Below are positions 13,301-24,526 of a stretch of 64,000 nucleotides of DNA, one piece after another. Location: the NCBI GenBank assembly GCA_964016885.1, contig OZ024750.1:53940001-54004000 (forward strand), in the 5' to 3' direction. Under the pieces are notes generated by a model. It had not been told where the DNA came from, ran no database searches, and saw only the letters and a list, made by a program, of their open reading frames with translations. The position numbers and the translations under genes were made by a program. Every line of letters starts with the position of its first letter. Within the stretch, counting starts at the first letter, position 1. The stretch is from Eledone cirrhosa. Lineage: Eukaryota.

Positions 13301-13497
13301 GCGAATCCATGGAAAACTGACTCAAGCAACCAGAGGGGAACGTGCATTTCAATACCATGCAGCTCAAAGTGGTCACAACGTTTACAGTCGAAAAGTATGG
13401 TGTTATGAATTTCAAAAAGGCAGTATGTACAATTTGGTAATTATTAAAAGCAGCGAGGTATTTGATTGTTAGAAGATGGTTTGTGTCGCAGTGTTGA

Positions 13498-16420
13498 TTA
13501 CAGAACTTCTTGGTACACAATGTTTGTGGTTTTACCGTTTGGAGCAAATGCATAAAGGTTTCTTTTGCTTCTCACTCTGGAACATCCAACATGTAGCTGA
13601 CCGTGCGAAAAGCATGGCTCTTCTAGGTTTATTCCCGCGACGGACAATGTTTGCCCCTGAGACTTATTTATCGTCATAGCGAAACTACAACGAACTGGAA
13701 ACTGGAGCCTCCTAAATGAAAAGGGGATCTCTGATGTTGACGGACAAAGGGGAATCCTTGGGATAAAAACATTTTCCCCTTTCCACACCCCGAGAGAATC
13801 GTCGCCTCGATCAAGTTTTGCGTTAGTTTATTTACTGTAAGGTGGGTGTAGATTCCTCAAAAGCATAATTGGGCATCCTTGCTTAAGTTCCAATCGATGA
13901 GATGGCAACCCGGAGGGGTTCAATGAGTTAAGAAACTCAATTGGGTAGTTAATGGAGTCTGTGACTGTATCTATGGACTTGTATGTACACGAAGCTGTAG
14001 GAAGAGACTTAAGCAGTTGTCCGTTGATTTTGTCGACAGTCTCATTTTTCGGAGTCAGTATTGCCCTTTCGCACAGCCAGTTTGGATTTTGGTAGTTAGT
14101 GCTCAACTCAGGGAATACTGTATCTGTCAAGTCGTCAGCACTGTCGACTAAATTGCAGACCGGCTCGAGAGAGATTTTTTCATCTTCATCAAGTGGCACT
14201 TTGTCGTTGCCAAGTGTCAATAGGTTGGTAGCAAACTCTGATGACACTTGGTCACCAAGCATCTGAGCTCTCATGTAGAGAGCGTTAATGTTGTGACATA
14301 ACGCCAAAGCGGAGATGACTTTAAGCATGCTCAAATAGCTTCAGCCCTTGTTCCTTTGGGAATAACAGGGAGGGTTTGTCTAAATCTCCGGATAAAAGGA
14401 CAGTCACGCCTCCCATGGGATCCTGGGAGTCTCTTATGTCTCTTAAAGTCCGGTCCAGTGCCTCCAAACTCCTTTATGAGCCATGGTACAGTCGTCCCAA
14501 AAAAATAAGTTCACACCTTTTAAGCAGTTCTGCCTTTTCTGATCCTTTGGTAATATTACAGCAGGGTGTGTCATTTGCTGTCATATTGAGGGGGAGTTTG
14601 AAGACTGAATGTGCTGTCCTGCTCCCAGGAAGCAAGGTTGCTGCAATACCGGAAGACGCAACAGCAAGTGCAAGGAGAAGCCGTATGACAAAAGTCTTCC
14701 CTGTGCCTCCAGGGCCGTCTAAGAAAAAGATTCCTCCCGTACGGCGGTGGACACAGTCAGCAATAGTGTTATATGCTCGTTCCTTTCCTGCAGCACCATT
14801 GGTTCATGTTCAGTGACATATGTTAGTCAAGCTGTCAGTGTCGTAGGATAGTTCCCGAAGTATTTCTGCGGAAATGATGTCGGAGCCTGTTCTGTTGGTT
14901 TGGGGCAGGCCATATGTCTGCAGTGCATTTCCCACCCATTGCAGCAATCATATTTTCAATTTCAATAAGTGCTTTGTTGTAGATTTCATCTGTGAAGCCT
15001 ACTTCCATGTCAGGAAGTTGTAATTGTGCTTGATGCCTGAAGTCCTCAGAGAGGTCATCTCTGTACTTGAGCCACAAGAAGGAAGGATCGGGCAATTCAC
15101 CAGTGTACAGTAAGACAGCAAAAAGCTTCCTAAGGCTGTGTGGCATTTGTGAAACAACTGTTTCTGCTAAAGTGGCATCCCATTGAGCACCATCTTCCAG
15201 TAGTCCACGCCTGAGGCAGGCCTCTCTCTGTACGTGTTGCAAATTTGGCCATCAACACTTCTTAGGTGTTGAAAACTGGTTGGTCCTCTAAGCATACGCA
15301 GGTAGTAACATTCTTGGTAGATGGGGGGCACTGTGTTAAAATCTGGATGACCATCAACGCTTTCACCTTTGATTCTTGGCTTCCATGAATACTTTTCCCA
15401 TTTGTAGAAAGAAGGGACTTGGGGATACAGCAAAGTGCGAGTGAATGCGTCGCCTTGACATAGTTGAAAGAATGCAGTAAGAGTTGTGTTCCTTGGCTGC
15501 AAAGCCCTCAGAAAAGCTGTTTGTTTTGTATAGTACACTCTTTGGCCGTTTTCCAGGTGCACAGCAAGGTGTTGGACAGCAGGGTATCTTCTGTGCATTG
15601 AGAAACGGTAAATTCGCCAAAAGGTCTCGCTGGTACTTATATCATGCTGATTGGTACTGTGCAACTTCATCCCGTTTGTTTCCTTCTTTAAGCCTGAACA
15701 CAGTGACATCCGGGCCCTTATTTATATACTTGCAGACATATTTGATTGATTTAATAGAGTTGCACCATTCAACATTTATGTGGGAGTTGAACGCCTTGAG
15801 TAGTAATGGGCAGTACGGTACAATCCATCGGTTGTCAATTTCATGTTTTCCAACCAGTGCTGTTAGTCCTCCGTCCTCAGGGCTTATTCGTCTGTATGAT
15901 GGGTATCCATCATCAGCAGTTTGAGTTTTGCGAAGGAAGGCTTTTGGGTATTTTTTTGAGCAAATACCGTTGTTCAAACACGGGGAGTTAGATTTGAAGC
16001 CACGTCCACAAGGACCGTGAACCATGTGTGCCGTAACCCTGTCTAATAGGGTTTTGTCAGTTTGCGGGTTTGGAAGCTCTGCGGATATAATCTTGTCGAT
16101 GTCATCTGTGGTGATTTTTGTCGACAACCAAATAAGAATGTGAGCATGGGGGAGTCCCCGCTTCTGCCAATCAATTGTGTACATGTAACATTGCACAAGT
16201 CCAAATATCTGGCCCTTTGTGATAAGGTCCATTAATTTGTATACTTTTTTAGCTCGAAAACTCTGGATGAGAAGTCATGACGACCGCTGGGCTGTTGTCC
16301 TGGAAGGAGTTCATGGGCAATTTCTTGCCATGAAGGATTGCATGTAAAAGTAATAAATAGGTCTGGTTTACCGTACTCGCGCACATACGTCATTGCGTCC
16401 TGGGTTCTCCTGGGCTTGGC
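13498..16420 (-). pseudogene. Helitron Rep/PIF1 helicase (RepHel), frameshifted, N-terminus missing
   Basis: KPDLFITFTCNPSW (Rep motif 1), WQKRGLPHAHILIWL (HUH), KYVCKYINKG (catalytic tyrosines), Walker A GPGGTGKTF (~14690-14718), ERAILTPKN, and QFPVRCSFAMTINKSQGQT (PIF1 C-terminal motifs). Confidence 0.95.
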
Positions 16421-16968
16421 CTCAAACGGGAACATTCCAAGTGTACAACTCATACATACATATAAATACATACTTTATATATATATACATACATATAAAT
16501 ACATACATTATATACACACACTCACGCACGCATGTGTGCACGTACACACACATGTTAATAGATTTAACTCTTACTGGAACGCTGCACGAACACACACACA
16601 TGCGCACGCGCACACATATGCGCACATGTTAATTATTTATAGCTTTTCTTCCCCTCTTCCACTGTCATGTATCAAACACAGCGTCTGTCGCTCTCTCTCT
16701 CTCCTGCTATCCCCCTCTTTTAGTCTGTCTGTTTCTTTCACTCTCACTCTTTCTTTTTCATTTTTATAGATATATAAATTTTTTCTGTGCAAAGTCGTAC
16801 CTATAGTCAGTTTTATCGATTTTTTACTTGGACAAAGGGGGAGTCGATCATTCGCAATATCGTGCCGACCTGCTCTTATAAATTTGTGGTTGATTACAAA
16901 AAAAATTTTGAAAATGGGCCTTACGGGTCAAAAGTTGCTGCGGAACAGACAGACATTTTCATTTATTT

Positions 16969-17658
16969 ATCATCATCATCATCATCATCATCATCATCGT
17001 TTAACGTCCATTTTCCACGCTTGCATGGGTTTGGACAGGAGTTTTCCCACTTGAGGCAAGATTGGTTGACTTGCTCGTATAGGACTGTCTGGCGGGTTTT
17101 CTACGGCTGGATGCCCTTCCTAACACCAACCACATTTACAGTGTGGACTGGGAGGTTTTTACCGTGTTACCTACACGGCCACATTACAGCGTAGATTGTG
17201 TGTTTTTTGTCATGACACCTACACGACCTCATTTGTTTCGGACTGGATGTTGTGGTACCAACATAACTTCACATTGGAAGGGGTGGTGTGGATGGGGTGG
17301 GGGTAGTGGGAAGGGGGTGTATTTTTGTTAGAGGTGCCTACTGACTAGGTTTCGCTTTGTACTTAGGCAAGGCGGGTCTTCTGTATTACTGTGTAGCGCC
17401 AAAGATCTCGGTCCAGTGACATTGTCTTGGAGAGGTGTAAGTGTGTGAGATCAGAATTTATCAAGTCGTCCCAGGTTTTTCTGGGTCTGCCTACTCCGTG
17501 GCTACCGTCTATTTTTATCGCCCTGCACTTTTTTATACAGCTGTCGTCTTTCATGCGCATCACGTGACCGTACCAACGTAGTCTTCTCTCGAGTAAACAA
17601 CATCTGATCCCTCTTATTCCTAATTTCTCCCTTAGTTCATTTATGCTTTGCCGTTCAC
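16969..17658 (-). mobile_element. RTE-clade LINE copy 1, 5'-truncated (~0.7 kb), (GAT)n tail
   Basis: (CAT)n at 16969-16998 on the plus strand. ORF end LRWYGHVMRM...GRPRKTW. Near-identical to the 3' end of copy 2. Confidence 0.93.
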
Positions 17659-17664
17659 ATTTTT

Positions 17665-17798
17665 TATTTCTTGTCCAATTCTTTAAAGTTTTATCTTAGT
17701 TTCTTGTCCTATTCTTTTAAAGTTTTATCTTAGTTTCTTGTCCTATTCTTTTAAAGTTTTATTTTAGTTTCTTGTCCTGTATTTTTAAAGGTTTATAT
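17665..17798. repeat. ~34-bp tandem repeat, about 4 copies
   Basis: TTTCTTGTCCTATTCTTTTAAAGTTTTATCTTAG repeated. Confidence 0.9.
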
Positions 17799-18117
17799 TC
17801 CAACAATATTACTTTTTTTTGCTGTACGCATTTTTCTATCTGGTCTACTATTTTTTAAGGCAATGCAAGCAACAATTATCTAATAATTAAATGATCATAG
17901 TGAATTACTGACAAGTGATTGACATTTTAAAGTTCTTTTGAGTATAATTGCAATCTAGTTGAGGCAACTGGCTTAATGACAAAGCTAGTAAATCATGAAT
18001 GCATTTGAGATGATTAGTGCATAATAGTGAATTGGTGAAACTTGTGCTTTTCAATGGTGTTACAACAATAGATGTAAGTTATATAGTAGTAATACTTTAT
18101 CATTTTAACTTTTTAGA

Positions 18118-18477
18118 ATGGACAAAAACCCATGCAAAGAAATGACTTTGACTGCAGTGATTCTCTCCAATTTACTTACAAAGCAAAACGTGGTCAAATA
18201 CCTTATCATCTCTGATAAAATGCCCATTGAATCACTGAAAATCGGATGCATGGAATTCCTCATAAAATGCACCTATGAATTGGAAGCCATCACATATATC
18301 AATGGATATAGGGAGTTGTTCACACTGGAAGACCATCACTTCATTTGTGACTTCATCAGTTATCTCCACGATTATCTCAGACACCCAATGCCATTGATGA
18401 GAGGTGATCCAATGTGTGAGCATGTAACTAATCTTATAGAAGTTGTTATCGACCACCTGGCTTTTAGTGACATTTGA
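18118..18477 (+). CDS. Unknown 119-aa ORF preceded by a 43-nt GT-AG mini-intron (18074-18116)
   Basis: Open, complex, protein-like composition in an AT-rich context. GTAAGT...TTTTAG lies immediately upstream and AATAAA at ~18563 downstream. No family recognised. Confidence 0.45.
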   Translation: MDKNPCKEMTLTAVILSNLLTKQNVVKYLIISDKMPIESLKIGCMEFLIKCTYELEAITYINGYRELFTLEDHHFICDFISYLHDYLRHPMPLMRGDPMCEHVTNLIEVVIDHLAFSDI

Positions 18478-18657
18478 CTGATTTGACTGATAATGATGTA
18501 TTTTTTAAAAGTATGTGTACATTCTTGTTACTATTTTAAGGCAATGCAAGCAACAACTATTTAATAAAATTTAAATTTAAAAATGACCATTGTGCATTAC
18601 TAGTATGATGACATTTTATTAAGTCACAAAATTAGTCAGTCAGCCATAGAACAAGGA

Positions 18658-19329
18658 TCAGGTGGCAAAAACATTGGCAAAAATTTGTGTCAATTTAAGA
18701 TTTCCAACATTGTTCAAATGAATCATATCTGGTTTGAAGTCAGATTTGTCAAATTTTGACCAATTTTCAATGTTGTGAAGATTGGGCAACTTCAATTTTT
18801 GAATCATTTCTTTCATGCAGTAATTAAACTTTTCCAAACGAGAATTTCTCTTGCCCAAGTCATTTTTATTTTCAATTACACTTTGTGGACGTGGAATGAC
18901 ACCACTGTAGAAAATTGGTGTACAGTGGTGCTTTTCCGCTATTTTCTGTAGCCTTGCAAAGAGACTCTTCCCCTGTTTTTCTGGTATTGTGCCTCGAATG
19001 GGCACTTTGTCCTTAATTTACAAATAAATGATTAATAAAAAATACTTGGGCAAAAATTATTGTATTACTTTGCACAGCTTTGTAGTGCCAACGGTGCGAC
19101 GAGGATTCAGATCATTAGAGCCGACATGAACCACCAATACTTTCACAAAAGGACAACAGATAACAATGTTGGCGATTAACATTACCTGGCCCTGACGGGC
19201 CCCAAGTATACAAAATATCTAAGTATTTTTGTTGGTATGATAAGTAAATACATTTGAATTAATATTTTTATACCTTCTGGTCATTCGATTTCGCCACATT
19301 TCTAATTATGGATTTGTAAAAACTGGCAT
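18658..19329 (-). pseudogene. Three-exon SGNH/GDSL esterase-like gene (exons ~19329-19274, 19218-19069, 19011-18658), probable 1-nt frameshift in exon 1
   Basis: Spliced translation ..SIIRNVAKSNDQK|IFCILGAR..VLVVHVGSNDL..K|DKVPIRG..DFKPDMIHLNNVG contains SGNH blocks I (S), II (G), III (GxND) and V (DxxH). Introns are GT..AG of 55 and 57 nt. Confidence 0.75.
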
Positions 19330-19500
19330 GAATGTGAATTTGATCAGTCCAATTGCCCGATTTTAGTGAAAAGTTTTGATTCGAAATGGAAATACTCCAT
19401 TTCCGTGCCATGAAAAAAATGAATAAGCCAATCAAAAAGCCGTGAAATATCATTTTTAATTAAGCGAAATTAGTGGATGCAAATCTCAGAAAATATTGTA

Positions 19501-19561
19501 CACTATTCGCACCTATCGGTACAAAAATATAGCGCACTATTCGCACCTATTGGTACAAAAA
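19501..19561. repeat. 27-bp direct repeat x2 upstream of the esterase gene
   Basis: CACTATTCGCACCTAT(C/T)GGTACAAAAA at 19501 and 19535. Confidence 0.85.
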
Positions 19562-20300
19562 ATCGCACGACTTAATAATACTAGAAGTGCAAACTATCTG
19601 TTGAATACCTGGTATATGAAGAGCAACCGATACGATCGGTCTTGAAGAAGAATGAAGAATGAAGTGAAATTTTGGTCTGGTTGTTGTCATCGGTGTTTCG
19701 CAGAGATGCCGGCACGAACAAAGGTGTCGGTCCGATAAAGGTGTCAGTCAGACAGTGTCACAGTCGGTGCGACAAAGCGATCGATGCGATTAAAAAAAAT
19801 TTAACTCACATGTTTACCTATATTTTCGCAAACTATTGATAGATTGGTACAAAAAATAGCTTTGATAATAAACATAATTTTTTAACGAAGTATTTAAAAA
19901 GCATTTTAGCAGTGAAAAGTGAAGTAATGTTTCACACTGACACAAGTAGGGCCGTTCAGAAATGACGTAGTCAATTAGGAGGAGGGGATTCGGCGATTTG
20001 ACTAACGTAATCACAATCACAAGAGTTCCGCCGAAAAAAATTTGTCATTTCTGGATTACCTCCCCTAGCGTCACGCTTACTACTCATTCACTTGAACTCA
20101 AGATTTATCAGCAAACTTTGATTATAAACTTTTTCCCGCTGGACCAAATTTCTAGATTTTTAAGCTAAAAGATGCGTAATGATCTACTGTTCATGCTCAT
20201 ATAAGTTTTATCTCAGTTAAATAAAGTAGAGCTGCGCTGTACTGTCGTAAACAGACGATTGCCAACAAAAACACGACCACAACAATATTGCTAAACGGAC

Positions 20301-22479
20301 ATCATCATCATCATCATCATCATCGTTTAACGTCCATCTTCCACGCTTGCATGGGTTTGGACGGGAATTTTCCCACTTGAGGCAAGATTGGTTGTCTTGC
20401 TCAGGACTGTCTGGTGGGTTTTCTACGGCTGGATGCCCTTCCTAACACCAACCACTTTTACAGTGTGGACTGGGAGGTTTTTACTGTGTTACCTACATGG
20501 CCACATTACAGTGTGGACTGTGTGTTTTTTTGTCGTGACACCTACACGACCTCATTTATTTAGGACTGGATGTTGTGGTACCAACATAACTTTACATCGA
20601 AAGGGGTGGTGTGGATGGGGTGGGGGTAGTGGGAGGGGGTGTATTTTTGTTAAGAGATGCCTACTGACTGTAGGTTTTGCTTTTTACTTAGGCAAGGCGG
20701 GTCTTCTGTATGACTGTAGTGCCAAAGATCTCGGTCCAGTGACATTGTCTTGGAGAGGTGTAAGCGTGTGAGGTCGGAATTTATCATGTCGTCCCAGGTT
20801 TTTCTGGGTCTGCCTACTCCGTGGCTACCATCTATTTTTATCGCCCTGCACTTTTTTATACAGCTGTCGTCTTTCATGCGCATCACGTAACCATAGCAAC
20901 GTAGTTTTCTCTCGAGTAAACAACATCTGATCCCTCTTATTCCTAATTTCTCCCTTAGTTCATTTATGCTTTGCCGTTCACGTATATTACTATTACACAT
21001 CCAACGGTACTTGCAAGCTTCGTTCCTCTCCAGTTTGCGTATATACTCTGCACACAATGCCCAAGTCTCACTGCCATGTAACATTGCTGTTCGTATGCAG
21101 GCATCATATAGCCTGCCTTTCATTTTTAGAGAGAAACCTTTAACGGCCAATAGTGGTATAAGCTCTCTGAACTTTTTCCATCCCGTTCTGACTCTAGCTA
21201 CTGTACTTTCAGAGTGCCCTCCACCACTGCTGATTTTGTAACCCAGGTAACGGAAGGTGTCCACTATTTCTATAGAACCATCTGTGCAATGGAATGAGCT
21301 AGTATTCTGTGGGCAGTATTCTGTAGTATTCTTGCTGCTACTTATTGCCCTTGAGCACCGGCCACATATAAAATCTATATTCTTAGTTAGCTTACCTGTG
21401 ATCCCACTAGATCTTTTATGCACCCATACTTTGCATTTGGGACATAAAATGGAGTTTCTGCCTACTCTTTTCCTACACACTGAGCATGGCCATTTCCCAG
21501 ATGGAACCAGTGCCCTATTTTCCTTCCTACAAACTAGAACTTTAGTCTTAGACAGGTTAATTTTAAGGCCTTTTGATTCTAGGCCATGCTTCCATGTTTG
21601 GAATTTCTTCTGTTATAGCCTGAAGAGCAATAATAAACAGGAGGGGGCTAAGGACAGAGCCTAGATGATCACCTACTTTTACGCTAAATTCTTCACTATA
21701 TTCATTGTTAATTCTAACATTGCTGACTGTATCTTTATACATGGCTTGTTTAGCTCTCACAAGCCATTCATCAACACCTAGTTTTCTGAGAGCCCACCAG
21801 ATAATGGGGCGTGGGACTCTGTCAAAGGCTTTCTCCAAGTCAACAAAAGCTAAATATAGGGGTTTACTTTTAGCTAGGTACTTCTCCTGTAGTTGTCGTA
21901 CAATGAAAAGAGCGTCTGTGGTACTTTTACCTGACACAAACCCAAACTGCATTTCATCTAGATCAATTCGCTCTCTGATTAGTTGCGCTATTACTTTTTC
22001 TGTGACCTTCATGACCTGGTCAATTAATTTAATGCCTCTATAGTTTCCCCTATCTAGGGCATCTCCTTTACCCTTGTAGCAGTTAAAGATGATGATGCTA
22101 CGCCAGTCCTTCGGAACGACCCCATTCTGTATGACTTGGTTTACTATCCGGGTGACTATAGAGTGTCCCACCGTTCCAGATGCTTTCATCATTTCAGCAA
22201 CTATTTCCGAAGGCCCAGCCGCCTTGCCTGTCTTCATATTTTTGATCGCCTTACTTATTATACTACCTTCAACTTGCACTGCTGGTCCCTCTATTCGATC
22301 GATGTGGGGGAGACTGTCTTTCTCCCATTTATTTTCCTCATTTAGTAGCCTTTCGTAGTGACACTTCCAAGCTACCTTCTTATCAGCGTCAGTGATCGCA
22401 AGTTCACCATCATCATTAAGGACACACTTCTCCCTGACAATATCACGGTTTTCCTTGACACATTGCCTAGCAATCCTGA
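20301..22479 (-). mobile_element. RTE-clade LINE copy 2, 5'-truncated (~2.2 kb), YADD motif deleted
   Basis: RT motifs KGKGD..NYRGIKL, QFGF, FVDLEKAFDRV, GSVLSPLLF. A Cys-rich insertion (CxxC..CxxCxxWVHKR) is present. (GAT)n tail. Confidence 0.95.
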
Positions 22480-22528
22480 TATATATATATATATATATAA
22501 ATTATTTTCGCTCTACATGGCTGAATAC

Positions 22529-23000
22529 AATAAATGTAATCTGATCTGAGTTTTTCAAATATTAATAATAATATTCGATTTGTTTGCAATTTTTTTTTTT
22601 ATGTAGCAAAGCCGGCCATTGATCGCTCGTATACAGGAAACTGACTAGCCAGTCTGCTGATATGCAAATCTGGTTGATCAGTGGATCTGCATATATGCAG
22701 ATCTGACTCATCAGCCAGTCTGCTAATATGCAAATCAGGCCGATCAGTCACTGTATTTTTGAAAATATCATATATTTTCACTTGCTCTGACAGTTGGCAG
22801 GTGAACAGTAAACTGTACTGATGAAGGGTGATACCCAGAAACATTAGTGTCTGCAGTTTTGTTTACATCACAACACAAGAGCAAAAATAAGGGGCTCATT
22901 CTACTGACATGGCTTTAAAATTGAGGCTTGTTTGCATAATTACAAACAAATCGAAAATTATTATTAATATTCGAAAAACTCAGATCAGATTACATTTATT
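22529..23000. mobile_element. Non-coding foldback element (~63-bp inverted termini) flanked by (TA)n, carrying a hammerhead; probably PLE-derived
   Basis: AATAAATGTAATCTGATCTGAGTTTTTC...TTTGTTTGCAATT (22529-22591) and its reverse complement at 22938-23000. Confidence 0.7.
22810..22859 (+). ncRNA. Type I hammerhead ribozyme (minimal, dimer-type)
   Basis: AAACUGUA-CUGAUGA-aGGGU gau ACCCa-GAAA-CAUUAGUG-UC-UGCAGUUU: 8-bp stem I, intact core, near-palindromic stem III, GUC site at 22851. Confidence 0.85.
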
Positions 23001-23269
23001 ATATATATATATATATATACACACAGACATACACTCACACTTGTAGTTTTATGTCAGTTGTGTTTGCTATCTGCATTAGCTTAGTATCATATAAAACATG
23101 AAGAAATGTCAGATAGAATTTAGTCTTCCGTTTTCTAGTTTGAACATGCCTACCAACATTGGTATAATTATGTTAAATTAGTATAACTGTATAATTATGT
23201 TAATTAGGTATATAATTATCACAAACTTGGCATTTCCTGAGGTCTATTGGCATAAGGAAAATGTTGAAT

Positions 23270-23535
23270 GGACCTCTGTTGGTTTCAACGATGAGTATTC
23301 TAGATACATGCACCCTTAATATAATTCCCAGGGAAATTCAGCGTGAGACTGTGTTTGACAAAGATGGCCCTGCAAATTAATTACAGGTTCAACTCATTTT
23401 TTCCAGCTGAATGAACTGGATCAATATGAAATACTGTTTTTGTCCTTGAGCAAAACAGTATTTCAATGCACTGCCAGGAATCAAACTCATGACCCTCAGC
23501 TGAATACCCTAACTATGAAGCCACTTGCCTTCGCA
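23270..23535 (-). mobile_element. tRNA-derived SINE family B, diverged
   Basis: Similar to 31670-31970 (GGGAAATTCAGCGTGA, CAACTCATTTT, GAATACCCTAAC). Confidence 0.7.
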
Positions 23536-24293
23536 CTAAGATACAATAAAGGACTCACATATGTCAATAGATGCCTCCTGAGAATAAAATTGATTTGGAG
23601 CTTTTATTGATATAGAAAATAAAATCCATTATTAGGATTGTCAAAACCATTTCTATCAACAGAAAATATCATTAAAATAATTTGCTAAATAATTTATCAA
23701 TTTTCTGAGAGCAGTTTTTGGAAAGGAATTAATTTGGCAACTTTCACTCATAGAACATTTCAGTTTTTTTTTACAAAACATTCAAATTAAATTTGAGTTG
23801 TATATTTATTATGCAAATTCCATTTAGGTGAAAATTTTCACAAAGTTGAGTATCAAGAATTTCCCAATGTTTCCAAGTACTCTCTCTCTCTCTCTCTCAA
23901 CCCCATAAACTGAGGAGCTATGTTTAAACTGATAAACTGAGGTTTTTAATACACCTAACAGTTTCCATTGAAGATATTAAATAAATATTTTCAAAAGTTA
24001 GGATTTATTGTTTTCTATCTTATTGAAAATGTTCTGTTGTTGATTAGATTAGATATTAATGTAACATCTTGGAGAAAAACTCTTTCAAATATGTTATCAT
24101 AGAAAATTTCTATAAATCATTTTCAAACTTCAGCTTCATACTTGTTCAGTAAATTGTGTGTTAAAAATGAAACACCTACCATATATATATATATATACAC
24201 ATATATATATATATATATATACATACATATGCCACAGTGATAGATTAAGTTACGTGCACTTTGTATTTATATTATTTTTGAATAATTACTTAA

Positions 24294-24526
24294 CACTTTT
24301 GATACAAGCCTTAAACTGTTTTTTGTTATACAATACAAATCTGTTTTACAAGTTTTTATTTATCTAAAAAGCTTCCATCTTAATTTTATGTAAGAACCTT
24401 TGTTAAGTTATATTCCAAACACCAGCTTAATAATGAGAAACTTAGTTATATTACTAAGTCCCTCCAAATTCTTCAATATTTTCAAAAATTATAGACCATG
24501 TCATTAGAAATATAGTCATGAAAGTG
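24294..24526. mobile_element. piggyBac-like MITE remnant
   Basis: TTAA|CACTTT ... AAAGTG|TTAA termini (TTAA duplication with a short TIR). Confidence 0.5.

Larger units (their letters stand above)
12218..16970 (-). mobile_element. Helitron (rolling-circle transposon), internally deleted and decayed
   Basis: The 3' end on the minus strand has hairpin ACCCGG-GCAACG-CCGGGT (12229-12246) followed by CTAG|T (12221-12218). RepHel remnants span 13498-16420. A 5'-terminal-type motif ATAAATGAAAATGTCTGTCTG (minus) lies at ~16946-16967. Confidence 0.9.

Noticed and set aside
14376-15991. Plus-strand ORFs over the Helitron, and antisense ORFs over the RTE copies
   Set aside because: Shadow frames of transposon coding sequence on the opposite strand.
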